Shown piece after piece: positions 1 to 13,686 of a DNA stretch of 55,297 bases; the stretch's first letter is position 1; each line of letters begins with the position of its first letter. The notes beneath the pieces were generated by a model. That model saw only the letters and a program-made list of their open reading frames with translations, searched no databases and was not told where the DNA came from. A program made the position numbers and the translations under genes. The stretch is from Octopus bimaculoides (taxonomy: Eukaryota): assembly GCF_001194135.2 (NCBI RefSeq), contig NC_068982.1:104405411-104460707 (forward strand). The letters are read 5' to 3'.

Positions 1-1192
1 ATATATATATTCATATATATATTCATAAAATAAGGATGAAAATCATGTTAATGATTATTATCAGGTAGTCAGCATGGAATAAAAATTATAAGCAATTCAG
101 ATATTAGATTAATAATTATACACACACACACACACACATGATTTTTTTCGTCTAAATTGTAAAATAGTTATAGAACTTCCATTGCTCAGGCTGGATTGTA
201 GTGTTCAGTAAATACTTGTGAGCAACAAAATTAGAGTATGTTCAAATGCATTTAGTATTACTATATGCAAGATAAACCATAGAACACATAACATGAGGGG
301 ATAAGGTTGGTGCACCAAGTGTATTCAAGAATCAGTGTAACAAAAACAATTGTAATTACTGTAAAAGACAGTCTATGAATCAATGATTGTGATTGAAGAC
401 TGAAGAGCTACTCTCAGATAATCAGAAAAACATGTTTTTTTTATTTTTTATACTTTTTTTTCTACTATTAGCCAACAAAAAATTTTCTTTGTGGTTGCTC
501 AACTTGCTTGAAATAACAGCTAAAATCTCCCTCAAATCACACCTTACCAACTCAAAAGAAATAGGAGAGATACTTTTGACAGTGTAGACACTAATGTACA
601 AAAAGTGGGATGGTCACAACTGGAATGCCTCTAATCATGGATTTGTGCAATCAACATTGACCCAGAGCTAAGCAACAACAACAGCAGTTTTTCTTGAATG
701 TACACCTGAGTGAGTGCCACATTTTTAGGTTCTTAGTGGTGGCTTCAAAGAACTGTATAAGGAAAAGGTGTTTGGATGAAATAGAGCATTACTATTGTTA
801 CTTAGTAAAAAATATATATTACTAACAGTGCCAGAACAGACACTAGTGTCACAATTAACCAGTTAACTTGTTAAAAATATGTATTCATGTTAAGAGATAA
901 TATCTATGTCCACTTAAATGTGGTTGTTCTATTAGAACTTGGCATTTTGGTGCAAAATGCACTCTTGTGTCCATCACTGACAAGACCAAGTAAGGTCAAA
1001 ATCATGTGATCATGGCACTGAAGGTAGCTGGAATTCATCTCCCCACTAACAATTATATTGCATTTTGCACCAAAAAGCCAATGTGTGAGTTTTTCTCATT
1101 GTTACTTAGTATCCCTGTTATTTCTATTTTTTATTTTGCTTACAGTTTCATTTCTCTTCACATTTTCATTTTTCTTATTTATTTTTCTACAG

Positions 1193-1303
1193 ACATATTG
1201 TAGTGTGTGGCCATATTACATATGACTCGGTCTCAAACTTCTTAAAAGATTTCTTACACAAAGACAGAGAAGACGTGGATGTAGAGATTATATTTATTGA
1301 TAC
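1193..1303 (+). CDS. slo: Slo1/BK channel exon, start of RCK1 ([36 protein letters not shown]); phase 2 in, phase 2 out
   Basis: Acceptor tttttctacAG and donor GTaagt; 111 nt. Translation matches the BK RCK1 betaA-alphaA-alphaB segment (human [35 protein letters not shown]). It retains D362/D367, H365 and E374 equivalents. Not in the ORF track. Confidence 0.97.
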
Positions 1304-1934
1304 GTAAGTAACTTAATTTCCTCTTTATATATCTGTATGTATGTTTGTGTATATCTAATGTAAACATTAGAGATACTCAATGTATGTGTTTGTAATTGAT
1401 TTATTGTATACTCAATGTGTATATTTTTGTTTGTTTGAATATAGCAAAAATGACCAGGTGGTTAAGGTATGGAACAACCAAATCATAAATCATAAGTCTT
1501 GCTTCCATACAAATTTAACCTTTTGCACTTGCATTTACATACATGCTTGAATAAACCAAAATAATAATATGAAACCAATTATTAATTTTTTACACTAAAT
1601 ATAAACAAATGGAAGTCACCTAATTAGGCTGAACAAAGCTAATGACACCAACTCGAAAATATACATCATCATCATTTTACATTCATTCTTCATGGCAGCA
1701 TGAGTAGGACAGTTTGATAGGATTCAGCACCAAATTTTGCTCCAATGCCTCATTTTTTTTCTCTAGCAGCAGAAATCTTAGCAAAATGAGACATTGGAAC
1801 AACATATAGTTTTCTGACCCACTGAATCCTGTCAAGCCATACTATCCATGCCAGCATGGAAAACAAATGTAAAATGATGATGATAAGGGAGTATGATGAT
1901 TGATTAATTGATGTATGTATCTATCTATCTATGT

Positions 1935-2326
1935 GGGGGCGCAATGGCCCGGTGGTTAGGGCAGCGGACTCGCGGTCATTGGATCGCGGTTTCGATTCCC
2001 AGACATGGCGTTGTGAGTGTTTATTGAGCGAAAACACCTAAAGCTCCACGAGGCTCCAGCAGGGGATGGTGGTGAACCCTGCTGTACTCTTCCACCACAA
2101 CTTTTTCTCACTCTTACTTCCTGTTTCTATTGTTCCTGTAATTCAAAGGGTCAGCCTTGTCACACTGTGTCACGCTGAATATCCTCGAGAACTACGTTAA
2201 GGGTACACGTGTCTGTGGAGTGCTCAGCCAGTTGCACGTTAATTTCACTAGCAGGCTGTTTCTGTTGATCGGATCAACTGGAACCCTCAACGTCGTAAGC
2301 GATGGAGTGCCAACAACAACAACAAC
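1935..2326 (+). mobile_element. Full-length, CpG-rich tRNA-derived SINE with (CAA)n tail
   Basis: A-box-like TGGCCCGGTGGTTAGG and B-box-like GGTTTCGATTCCC, followed by a ~300-nt body and a CAACAACAAC tail. Inserted in a (TATC)n tract, with tatctatctat on both sides. Confidence 0.8.
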
Positions 2327-2417
2327 TATCTATCTATATAAATATGTGTGTATTGTTAGTGGCAGCTGTCTGTCTTAGGTCAAAGTTAACTGTTCTGTTC
2401 AGAAATCAGCTCCAACA

Positions 2418-2740
2418 GGTTGTGTGGTAAGTCTTCCACTATAGCCTCCAGTCAACCAAAGCTTTGTGAGTGGATTTGGTTAACAGAAACTGAAAGAAGC
2501 TCATCATGTATGTATGTATATATATATATATATATATATCACTGTGTCTTTGGTTGTCCCCCACCACTGCTTCACAGTTGTTGGTTTGTTTATATCCCTA
2601 TAATTTAGTGACTCAGCAAAGGAGACCAATATAATAAGTACCTGGCTTAAAAAAAAGTACTGGGGGTTAATTGGTTCAGTTAATTCTTTGAAGTAGTGCC
2701 CCAGCATGGCCAAACCTGATGACTGAAACAAGTAAAAGAT
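2418..2740 (+). mobile_element. SINE family A copy with internal deletion in the head
   Basis: Matches 11587-11997 but TGTGTGGTAAGT is joined directly to CTTCCACTATAGCC. Confidence 0.75.
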
Positions 2741-4101
2741 AATAGATAATAATTACTTTATGTTAATGAAACGTTCATAAGATGGTGTAACTAAATATCT
2801 TTATAAACAAACTCCAAGTTTTTCATCTTAGACATATGCTATGTGTAACACTCAAAACCGAATTTAATGACAAAGGATACAATTAAAATACATGAAAGGA
2901 AATACACATAGAGTTCTAACTACTAGTTATTTGTCATGCAATTTACAGTTTAAATTACTCTGGATACATACACACATATATGTATATATCAATGTGGGTG
3001 TACACACACATATACATACATTAATTAACATTAATTTTATTTTGTCTTAATGATAAGTCTTGATATCGATTTCTTGATTAATCTAAATATATATTTTTCT
3101 AAATATTGATTTCCTAATTAATAGGACATTGTGTTTAATGTGCAAAGTTTTAAAAGTTGTTATGTTCATGTATTTTTTAAAAATATTAACAATAAAAATA
3201 AAATGATAAACAATAGTTTGAACCAAGATTTGACATTGGGTTATCTAAGCAGTTTTGAATTTGCTTCTTTTCAGTATCACTCACTAAATTTTTCTTTTAC
3301 CATTATCTGTAGTTCAAACTTCACCTATTCTATAGTAGATTACTGTGCTGCCCTGTTGAAATTAGATTCTGCAATCTTTTTCATAACTTAGTAACTTATA
3401 TTAAAAAGGATAACCAACTCTAAAATCAATGTATCTGGGTTTTTCTTTTTTGTGCTAATTTTCTAGAGACTTATAAACAGCTTGCTTATGCAAGTGTTGC
3501 CAGACACCAGTAGGTTTCAGGGGTCATCAGGAGAGAATGGACACTGTTTCAAGGCCTTCAACAGGATTTTACAGTACACTGGCTGCTTCTTAGATGTGAG
3601 GCCCCACCTTCTGAATTGATCGGCTAGTATTCAACCATCAACATTCAAGTCCCTCATGTCAGGATCATAAGCTCCATTCAAATTGTGAAGTTATGCAGAG
3701 GAGAGCCATTGTTCATAAACTTTACTGACCCTCTCAGACATGTTAGCCAGTGTGGTTGAGGTTCAGTTGGAATATACGCCTTTTGAAGAGAGATGTAAAC
3801 AGAGAGGGAGTTTCAGGGAGATGCAGTTCTGTGGATAAAAGAATAATGTATAACAAAAGGTTTGGGGCAAAGCAAAAGAAGAATGACGAAGGGAAGGGAG
3901 ATGTGTTTTAGCTGGAGTTGTGCTGGAGCTTTACATGAGTTTCTAGTTTAGAGAGAGAGAGAGAGAGAGAGAAAGATGTTATTGTAGCCTCAGTGCAAAG
4001 GACAGAAAGACAAACCTTGTGCATATTAGAGGTAGTAGTTGTAATAAGCCAGATGACCTTTTCTATATGTGAGGCAGTTGCATGTTATCTTCAGTAATTT
4101 A

Positions 4102-4445
4102 TCATCATCATCATCATTTAACATCCGTTTTCCATGCTGGCATGAATTGAACAGTTTGACTGGGGACTAGCAAGCCAGGAGGCCACATCAGGCTCCAATC
4201 TGATCTGGCAATGTTTCTACAGCTGGATGCCTTTCCTAACGCCAACAACTCCAAGAGTGTAGTGGGTGCTTTTTATGTGCCACCAGCACAGGAGCCAGTT
4301 AGGTGGCACTGGCATCAGCCATGTTCGGATGGTGCTTTTTACATGTCACTGGCACAGAAACCAGTCGGGGCAGGGGAGCTGGCATCAACCATGTTTGGAT
4401 GGTGCTTTTTATGTGCCACCAGCACAGGGAGCAAGTCAGGCGGCT
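4102..4445 (-). mobile_element. Non-autonomous element with RTE-like 3' tail ending in (GAT)n; internal ~62-bp tandem units
   Basis: CATCATCATTTAACATCCGTTTTCCATGCTGGCATG at the left end and GGATGCCTTTCCTAACGCCAAC core. TGCTTTT.ATGTGCCACCAGCACAG is repeated about 3 times. Related copies lie at about 1790-1885(+), 5362-5570, 22078-22790, 23200-23460, 25080-25300, 28985-29215(+), 31486-31830 and 48760-49395(+). Confidence 0.7.
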
Positions 4446-4867
4446 CTGAGAACAACCTCAATATTTAAGTTTGGAGAACGATTCCATCCACACTATCATT
4501 GAGAAGTGGATATTACACCAGTTTTAATATAGAATCATTAACTAAGAGACAAATAAACCTTGAGTAGAGAGAGCATGTCAATATTGAGGTTACGAATGAT
4601 GAGGAAAGGACTTTGACAAATTAATTGATTGACTGCCCAAACAATTAATCAAGCAATTGTTTAGTTAATTGGTTAAATCTTAATCAATTGGCTAATAAGA
4701 AAAAAAAGGGAAATGGAACCAGTGCATGTGTTTATTATTGGCATAAAGACCCTCCAAAGATACAAGATATTAAACCACTTTTAAAAAATTATTATTATTC
4801 AGTTTATTTTATTTTTTCATGTGATTATGTTACAGAAAACTTGTATTTCATTATTTTCATTTTCCAG

Positions 4868-4973
4868 GCAACTCCCTGATTTAGAACTTGAAGGGTTGCT
4901 TAAGAGGCATTTTACACAAGTAGAATTTTTCCAAGGCACGGTTATGGATGCCAATGATTTAGAAAGAGTAAAG
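4868..4973 (+). CDS. slo: Slo1/BK exon, RCK1 (T|[35 protein letters not shown])
   Basis: Acceptor ttttccAG and donor AAG|GTaagt; 106 nt, in frame with the previous exon. Contains RHFTQVEF (H394/E399 equivalents). Confidence 0.97.
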
Positions 4974-5178
4974 GTAAGTAATATAAGAAACCAGACAAAT
5001 TTCAGTATTATTAGTTTGCATGTAGATAACTTTAATATTTAGATTGAACATTGTTGTCAACTTTTGCATTGTTTAGGTTTACTGATGTGTTATCATATTT
5101 CACTAATGAAATGTTATGTCTGAACTGGCGAAGTTGTGCTACCTTACAAATGCGTGTGTGTGTGTTTTATTATATATC

Positions 5179-5230
<52 letters not shown>

Positions 5231-8200
5231 TAATAAGAGGAATGACCACTAAAGTGGATTCCTATACGCTAGAGATAGACGTCAAATCGCCTTACCACAA
5301 AGAGTGTGTTCTCAAGAAAAGATTTTCTACCCTCATTATATAATATATATATATATATACATATCATCATCACCATCATCACCATCATCACCCTTTAACA
5401 TCCGTCTTCCATACTGGCATGGTTTGGATGATTTGACCAGAGCTGACAAGCTGGAGAGCAGCAACAGGTTCCAATCTGATTTGGCTTGGTTTTTATGACT
5501 GTATGCCCTTCCTAATGCCAACCACTTTACAGTATGTGCTGGTTGATTTTAACATGACACCAGCACAGGCACTTTTGCCTGTTAAATATTTTCTCACTGT
5601 TAAGCAGAGGTTATAGACTATCACTGTAAATCACAACCTGAAGCCCATCTATTAATTGCTTCTACACCATTATTTTTTGATAATCACAACACATTAGTGA
5701 TAATGAATGTCATTGTATTTTCCTATTAAAAAAAATAAGAAAACAAATATTTGTTATTCTCAATTGATATAAATGGCTTAGTAGTTTTTAACCTTCAGTA
5801 ACTATTGGTATTTGTTTTGGAAAATAATTGAAATCTTTTTTTAAAAAATCAATATAAGTTATAGGTTCTTGTAAATCTTTACTTAAATAATTCGAAATGG
5901 ACATTTTTCGTTAAAGAAAATTTCTGTCAAAAATATATATCTGCAGAGCAAAATAATGAATAATGATAGTAATTTATTTGTCTACAACTTCTCTTCATCG
6001 AGACTTAGATGTCAACTCAGATTCATTTATGTACATATTTATTCCATGAGCTTACTGATTCACAGATAAGTTTTAGAGGAATACCAAAACAAAATGTATA
6101 AAATACTTTAACAGAGTTAAACCATTTAGTTTAACATTTGTTTCTTATTCTAGCATAGCTTAGACAGGAGGAAAACAAGGCAGGATATTTATGGCCACTC
6201 GCCTTTCCTGTCACAAACCTTCAAGTAAGGGATTTTTTTTTATTCCAGAGACATTTGTAAGTGCATAGCTAGTGAATGATTTGTTGATCAGAAATGTCAA
6301 CAAACATCACAAGAGTTACCAAACTTCTAGATGTGTCAGGGAACTACATCTTGCTTGTTCTGTTTTCATTTCTGCTTGGTTTCTATAGTTGGGTGCTTTT
6401 CCTATTATTAACTTTTACGGAGTATATAGGATGTATTTTATCATAGTACCAGCAATAGTGTACCCAGTTAGTTAAAAGAATCTTCATCATTCAATGTTGT
6501 TTCTATTCATTCAGGACAATGTAACTGATAGAGTGAGTAGAAGAGAGGGTGACTGCACAAGATGAACTAAAATGTGTGGAAGAAAGGAGAGAAAATATGG
6601 GGGAAAAAGTGATTGGGGTGATAGTACGGGAAAAGAGGAAAAGATAGAAGACACTTCTAGGTGGAGTAATGGAAGAGGGATAATAATTACAGGGTATAAT
6701 GAGAGAGAAATAATAAATATCAGAGGGTGATGGCTGTGAGAAAGAGACACTAATGGTAGCTATCTGTCTGCTGGTAAAAGAGTGTAATATATGTCAGTTG
6801 CAAAAACCTTTGAGGAGAGGGAGTGATGGCCAGCAATACAGGATTTTTAATAGATACTTTGTAGAGAGAGAGGCACAGAGATTATGGGAGGGGTTGGGTT
6901 AAGTATGGACAATCTAAAGTTATTTCTCATTCCATGGCAGCATTATACAGTGCATAGGAGAGAGGACAAATGATAGAAAGACAAGAGAGAGAGAGAGAGA
7001 GAGTGTGTGTGTGTGTGTATGTAATACACACACATAAAATGGGTATATGAAAGCTTTGTTCTGAATATATTTGTAAGAGGAGTGAAGTGGGGAAAGATAT
7101 AAAGATAAAATGTAAAATTGAAACTGTTGCAATTGAACAAAATGAAATAAAATGATGTGTTGAAAAGATACAGAAAATGAGAAGGAAAGATGATGTTTGT
7201 TGATGAAACATTGCAAAAGAAGATTTAAAGAGAAACAATTTAGAGGAGGATGGTAATCTTATCGATGATGATGACAATCATTTGGAAATGCGAGGAATAT
7301 GTAAATGCACTGTGCATAATGCGGACAAGGGATGAAGGGGAAATAGGGATCTGTGGTACTTTTTAATTCTATGGGGATGGTTGTTGTGGTGATGATTGAT
7401 GTAGTGACTGTTATTGTTGTTGTAAATGTTTCACCTTGTGTCAACACTGATTAAGCAAACCTAGGCTCAAAGGTAGTACAGTATGATCAGAGTGGGAGAT
7501 ACAGCTGGTGTTTCTAGCAGGTTAAATAACTATGTAGAGGCTTGCTTATTGATTCATGGTGATTATTGTAAATGGGGGTGCTAGTGTTGCTGATGCTGGT
7601 GGTGTTGGTTGCTGCTGTTCTGCATTTTTTCTTGTTACTTTATACTTATTTAACGAAGTTTCATTCTATTTGAAACTGATAGGCTTGGAATCTATTAGAA
7701 ACAGGAATTGCAGAGAAATTCTATCTTATGTATGAAATTATGTTTGATGAAATAATGTAGTGAGATAGAAGTTTGGATGAGAAATGTACAGTACCATAGA
7801 TGCAGCTCTTGGTTGACACAGTAATACAATGAGACTGAAATAGTTCAAGACATTGCTTCATCTTCTTCTGGCAAAGAGTTTGTTTGAATAACTAAACGAA
7901 TCTTGTAGCTATTGAATATCTTATTGCTGCCTCCTGTTCACAGATAGGACAATGGAATTAGTTTTCTCTTTTTCATTTTCTATCTTTATTGCTTCTTATT
8001 TCTCATCTTCTTTATTTATTATTTTGCTTCTTTCTTTCCTTTTTTCTTCCTTCTTTTTTCCTTTCGGCAATCTTTTCTTATTCTTTCTCTTTTTTTTTGT
8101 TTTCTTAACTTTTTCTCTTGCCATTCTTTGTCTCATCTATAGGATCATTTACTCCAACAACTTAGTGTTTCTTATTTTATCACTTACATGGTACCTAAGT

Positions 8201-8647
8201 TGCCATTTCTAATATTACCATATTAAAACTACACAAAAAGTATTCACAAACATTGGTTTAGAAAAATTATATAAGACTATATGGATGTAATTCAATCCGC
8301 TCTGGAACATATGTGCATACAAAGAACGGCTAACACAAGAAAAACAAGGCTAATGATGGAAAATTTCCATAACTCACTTGAATATTAATACTCTCCTTTT
8401 CTCTCTATATTTCCAATGTCTAGAATGTTGACCTTGCAATAAAACACAAACCTTGATCCTTCATAATATCAGGTTAGATGTCATCTCTTCTAATCCTCTG
8501 TTGTAAAGGTCATAAAGTTTTCATTTCTTTCTATTGCCATTAGTATCAGTTCTTTGCTAAAGAAATGGACAACAATTAATTTGAAATACATCTGGCATCC
8601 TGTTGTAGCCCTTTTTTTTTTTCCTGTAAAATATTCATAATTAATCT

Positions 8648-8935
8648 TTTATCTTTCATTTACTTGTTTCAATCGTCAGACTGTGGCCATGCTGGGACAC
8701 CACCTTGAAGGATTTTAGTTGAATGAATCAACTCCAGTACTTTTTGTTTTTGTTTTTTCCATTAAAGTCTGGTACTTATTCTATCAGTTTCATTTGCCGA
8801 ACTGCTAAATTATGTGCACTGAAACACACCAATGCTGGTTGTAAAGTGGTGTCAGAGGACAAACACAGACTCAAAGACACACACACACACACTCACACAC
8901 ACAACACACGCATATATATATCCAATGGCTGCCTC
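8648..8935 (-). mobile_element. SINE family A, 3' portion
   Basis: Contains tacttgtttca..gactgtggccatgctgg and ttgccgaactgctaa, shared with the family A copy. Confidence 0.7.
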
Positions 8936-10744
8936 ACTCAACTGTTAACTGGATTTCTTTTTTACCAGAACAACACAACAGCATTATCTGGAAAAAAAAT
9001 TAAACGCAGCTACAAACTAAAAAAGAAATTGTCTTCCTTAATTAATACCTACTTTATTGACTCGACAAATTAATGAAGTATGTTGGGTTTTATCTTAGGT
9101 GTTCAACAAACATTTAAAGTGCTTGTCTATTTCCATCTTATAATAATAATTATGTTAAAACACTGGTAATTTCAATAGTTATGGTACCTGTTGGCACTCT
9201 TTTCTGCCTTTCTTTGATGTTTCTTATAAAAGATATTATCTGGAGAAGCCTTCAAGCATCAACCATACCTTAAGCTGTTATTTGTAGCTGGAAACTGTTC
9301 ATAATTAGTAGAAAGTTATTGAGATAAAAGAAAAATGTGTTCTATCACGTGCTACGAAAAATATATATGTAAAGTGTGTGTGTGTGTGTGTGTGTGCTCT
9401 ATCTTAGAATATTTGCTAATGGTAGAAAGAAACAATCTTACCTTTTTGATTAGTTCTGTGGAATGTAAGTAATTCTTATTCTTTCTATTTAGTTTGCTTT
9501 CTGTTTTTTTGTTTGTTTTTTTTCCTCTATAAATCATTGTAAGAAAATTTTGGTAAACATAAATAAGAAATGAAAAAAAAAAAGAAAAGAAAAAGAAGAT
9601 ATTAAACAGCATTCTTGATTCTTACCAATTTTCCTGAGATATCTATGTCACCTATCCAGCTTCCTATAAATTAATCATTCCTGAGAGCAGGGGAGCCAAA
9701 GTGGTGTGGGAATGAACTACTGACATTTCCAAATTACAGCCTAAGTTTAATTAACACCTACATACCTGGTATCTATAACAATGTTGCATTTTTTCCTCTT
9801 GTTTTCCAGTGCATGTCAAACCCTCTGAGTCTGTTTTTCTTTTATTCATTTCTTTCATTTGATCCTTTACTAATCATTCTTCAACAGTTTGCTTTTTTTA
9901 CAACTTTTTTGTTTTTACCCTTTATTTGTTTTCTCTTTCCCAAATCACCCATTTCCTTATTTGAAAAATGCTTCCAGAAATGTTATATGCCTGTTTTACA
10001 TAACACTTGTGTTAGCGAAAGCTGCTGTTCTGGCAAATATTCCAGTATAACCAAAAACCTCAAGTATTCAAAACAGTTAAAGAAAATAACATTAGCTTTG
10101 ATTTAAAATCAATATCATCATCATTATTTCTATTCTACTGTTCTTCCCTGCTTCCACTTTTTTTATATAGCCAGTCATTTCTTACTCTCCCCTACCTTCC
10201 ACTATTCTCTACAGTCACCCCTCAATCCTACCCATTCACTACAGTTGTCACCTACTCTTCCCTATCTTTTCATCATTTCCCACCATTCCATGCTGCTATG
10301 GGTTGGCTATGTTTGCATATCACCAACATTCTCATCTGTAATGTTCAATATCACAAGATCTCATTGTACAACCTCTTTCTACATATTTATCTGTTACATG
10401 TCCCTTCCAGTACCACCATTGGCCACTTTTTAACTTATCATTGTCCATTTGCATCATATGTCCATACCATTACAGTAATTTCTTCTACTCACATTAGCTA
10501 ATGCCTTTAATATCTAGCTATTTTGTTAATCCATGTTCTATTCCTAATGCAATTAACTACCATACACCCAGCTGAACATGTTTACCTTAATTCTCTTCAT
10601 CTTTTACATACATTCAGCATTCACTGCCATGTTTCATTCACTACTTTCTCATTACCGAATGAGGTAAAACTAGTTGACAAGAGAACCTCTAGTTTCTTAC
10701 TCCAGCTACTATATTACCACAAATATATTTATATATTTTACATG

Positions 10745-10955
10745 ACAAGCTGGCAGAATCATTAGCATGCCAGGTAAAGTACTCAGTGGAATTTCATCCT
10801 TCTTTACATTTCTTAGTTCAAATTCTGTCGGGGTTGACTTTGCCTTTCATCCCTTCGGGGTTGATAAAACAAGTATCACTTGAGCACTGGGATCGATGTA
10901 ATTAACTTACCCCCTCCCCTAAAATTGCTGTCCTTGTGCCTAAATTTGAAACCAA
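10745..10955 (+). mobile_element. ~220-bp tRNA-like SINE family B
   Basis: AGCTGGCAGAATCATTAGC (A-box-like), AGTTCAAATTC (B-box-like), CTTTGCCTTTCATCC..GGGGTTGATAAA..AAGTA core and CTTGTGCCTAAATTTGAAAC end. Confidence 0.75.
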
Positions 10956-11586
10956 TATACTTATGTATTTTAACACGTCTCTAGCCTAACGCTTCACTTA
11001 TTAGCTTTTCACTGAACAGACATTTTCTGAAAGAACACTCTTCACATTATTTGAAGGGCATAAAAACACACTTAGAAGCAGCTGTAGTAGAAAGTAGTTA
11101 AAACAAACTTGATATTACATGGCTGGCATGATATTGTTTTTTTTTTTTTTTGTTAGAATATCTTTACCACCATCAGCATCATTGCCATTATTATCATCAC
11201 CACCAATTCCACTGCCACTAATCTAATATCTTTTTTGTTGTTTTGCTCCAAGTCAGCTCTGTTCAAGATCTATGATCAAATGTGTTACAGTCTTTGTTTT
11301 TCTGTCATTTTTTTTCTTTTTTTTTCCAAAATACAATTTATCTGGGACTACATTACACTTTTTTTTAAGATGATAGTGTTCTTTGGGGAATATTTGCTTT
11401 CTATTTCGAGCAGAATAAATTATCACATAGTGGGTCCCTCATTTAATCAACTAATATATATGTTCCTGTGTTGGTAGAAGACTTCAAATTGATATTGTAT
11501 TGCATTTAAAAGTAAAAGTAAATTAATCCTCCATCTTTTTCAGCATTAAATATTCCAGGTGTTCAATCAACTAAACAGCTTACTCA

Positions 11587-11997
11587 TTACTCTTACTCTT
11601 TTACTTGTTTCAGTCATTTGACTGCGGCCATGCTGGAGCACTGCCTTTAGTCAAGCAAATCGACCCCAGGACTTATTCTTTGGAAGCCTAGTACTTATTC
11701 TATCGGTCTCTTTTGCCGAACTGCTAATTTACGGGGACGTAAACACACCAGCATTGGTTGTCACGCGATGTTGGGGGGGACAAACACGACACACAAACAT
11801 ATACACACACATACATATACATATACATATATATATACGACAGGCTTCTTTCAGTTTCCGTCTACCAAATCCACTTACAAGGCTTTGGTCGGCCCGAGGC
11901 TATAGTAGAAGACACTTGCCCAAGGTGCCACGCAGTGGGACTGAACCCAGAACCATGTGGTTGGTAAGCAAGCTACTTACCACACAGCCACTCCCAC
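11587..11997 (-). mobile_element. ~400-bp tRNA-derived SINE family A (internal TA/TG microsatellite); best-preserved copy
   Basis: The reverse complement reads GGCTGTGTGGTAAGTAGCTTGC...GGGTTCAGTCCCACTGCGTGGCACCTTGGGCAAGTGTCTTCTACTATAGCC...CAGCATGGCCGCAGTCAAATGACTGAAACAAGTAAAAGAG. The same sequence recurs many times in the window. Confidence 0.85.
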
Positions 11998-12040
11998 GTC
12001 TATAATTATAATTATAATTTTTTTGTCTTTCTAATTTTGT

Positions 12041-12246
12041 TTCTAATTTTGGCACAAGGACAGCAGTTTTGAGGGGGAAACGCAAGCTGAGTACATCAAC
12101 TCCAGTACTTCACTGGTATTTATTTTATTGATCCCCAAAAGGATGAAAGGCAAATATCAACCTCAGTGGAATTTGAACTCAGAACATAATGAATCATACT
12201 GCAATGCATTTCTTCCATGCTAACAATTCTGCCAGCTCACTGCCTT
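12041..12246 (-). mobile_element. SINE family B copy
   Basis: Reverse complement of the family B consensus (...GGATGAAAGGCAAA...GGAATTTGAACTCAGAAC...AATTCTGCCAGCTCACTGCCTT). Confidence 0.75.
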
Positions 12247-12727
12247 ATTACATTATACCACATTAATTATATGGTATTATTATAATGTAAATAATTAAGT
12301 ATTCCATAAGTGCATGTATCCTTAAAGAAATCTTCATACAGGATCAACATACTGTAGTGCATGACTAGGTTGGCCCTTTGAATTACAAATACAATCCATC
12401 TGATTGGCTTCTGCTGTTTCTATCTACCCAATTTCTTTCACAAGGCTTGGGTGGATCCAAGATTATTGTAAAAGACACTTACCCAAAATTGATCCTCAGG
12501 ATTGCAAAGCAAGCTTCTTAACCAATCACTTGTACCTATAGTCATTTGGAATCTATTAACAAACTATGTTGCATTTATCTGAATACATACACTTGCACTC
12601 TATTATTCTCACCTTCTTGACAAATTATTCCTATAAATTTTTTTATATATACATACAAGGTGAGGTAACAAGTGGTTGTGTACATCAACAAACTATTGGT
12701 ACGAAATTAATATTCCGCTTTCTTACA

Positions 12728-12733
12728 AACACA

Positions 12734-12800
<67 letters not shown>
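12728..12800. repeat. (CA)n microsatellite
   Basis: Direct inspection. Other long simple repeats: (TA)n 5182-5225, 22010-22070, 39850-39950, 45628-45676, 53065-53112, 54340-54425, 55268-55297; (GT)n 21941-21976, 42154-42198. Confidence 0.98.
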
Positions 12801-12802
<2 letters not shown>

Positions 12803-13686
12803 TTACACTTCTATTACACATTTCCATTACAAGTTTTCTTTTTGAGTGTTTGTTGTATGAAAAATGCATAAAAACATACACACATGCATGCATTTGTATA
12901 TGTAATTAATAAAACAATCATGTGCCTCTATCACATTTTCTTTTCCTTTCTCTCTCCCCCATATCCATCCATCCATCCATCCATCCATCCAAAGTAGCTA
13001 AAAAAATGTTTTTGTCATCTACTTAGAAATATAAGCTCATGCATTATAATCGTCCATGAAATCACTATTTTTCTCTTTTATGCTCTGTTCTTCATTTCTG
13101 TTCTCTCTCAGACCACCCAAATATGATTCCTAACTTCACTACAACATAAGATATCAATTTTTAATTCATTATTCTACTTTACACACACTTTCTTTTTCCC
13201 TACCTCTCTTGGACAATACCCTAAAATGTCACCACATTGTCATTGTTCATATTTAGCCCACAGACCCATCTTCAGTAAAAACATTTTAGCCATACCCATC
13301 TCATGTATTTTTTAAATTTTTACCTGATGTAAAATATCTTGGACTATGGAAGATTTTAAGACTATACAAATGATTTGAGGAAAATTGGTTGAAATTTATT
13401 TGGTTAGTCAACCACGAGGAGGTACCCTGTTGGTTTGTCACAAAGGTAAAACTGCAGGGGTTTCAATTATAAATAACTGGTCGGTAATTTAGCATATAAA
13501 TTATTCCTCACAGTGAGTAGTAAAAGAGTATAGTGCTAAAGTTTGTAAGAAACCACTTATTAGTAATTCTGTTCTTTGTCTTTCAGTGACAAACAGACAA
13601 ATAATAGTGTTAAAGTGTCATTGTGTTTTTACTGTTAACAAATTAATTACATTTTTACTCATCAATGTTCTTGGTTTCTATTTCAG

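Noticed and set aside
1935-2010. tRNA-like sequence with A and B boxes (also 35066-35130)
   Set aside because: No complete cloverleaf, and it continues into a repeat body and tail; these are SINE heads, not tRNA genes.
9785-10106. Strong acceptor at 9809 followed by a 97-codon ORF
   Set aside because: Low-complexity Phe/Leu-rich reading, no suitable in-phase donor and no BK similarity.
13560-13600. Alternative acceptor tctttcAG ~100 nt upstream of the 13687 exon
   Set aside because: Immediately followed by an in-frame TGA; no supporting evidence.
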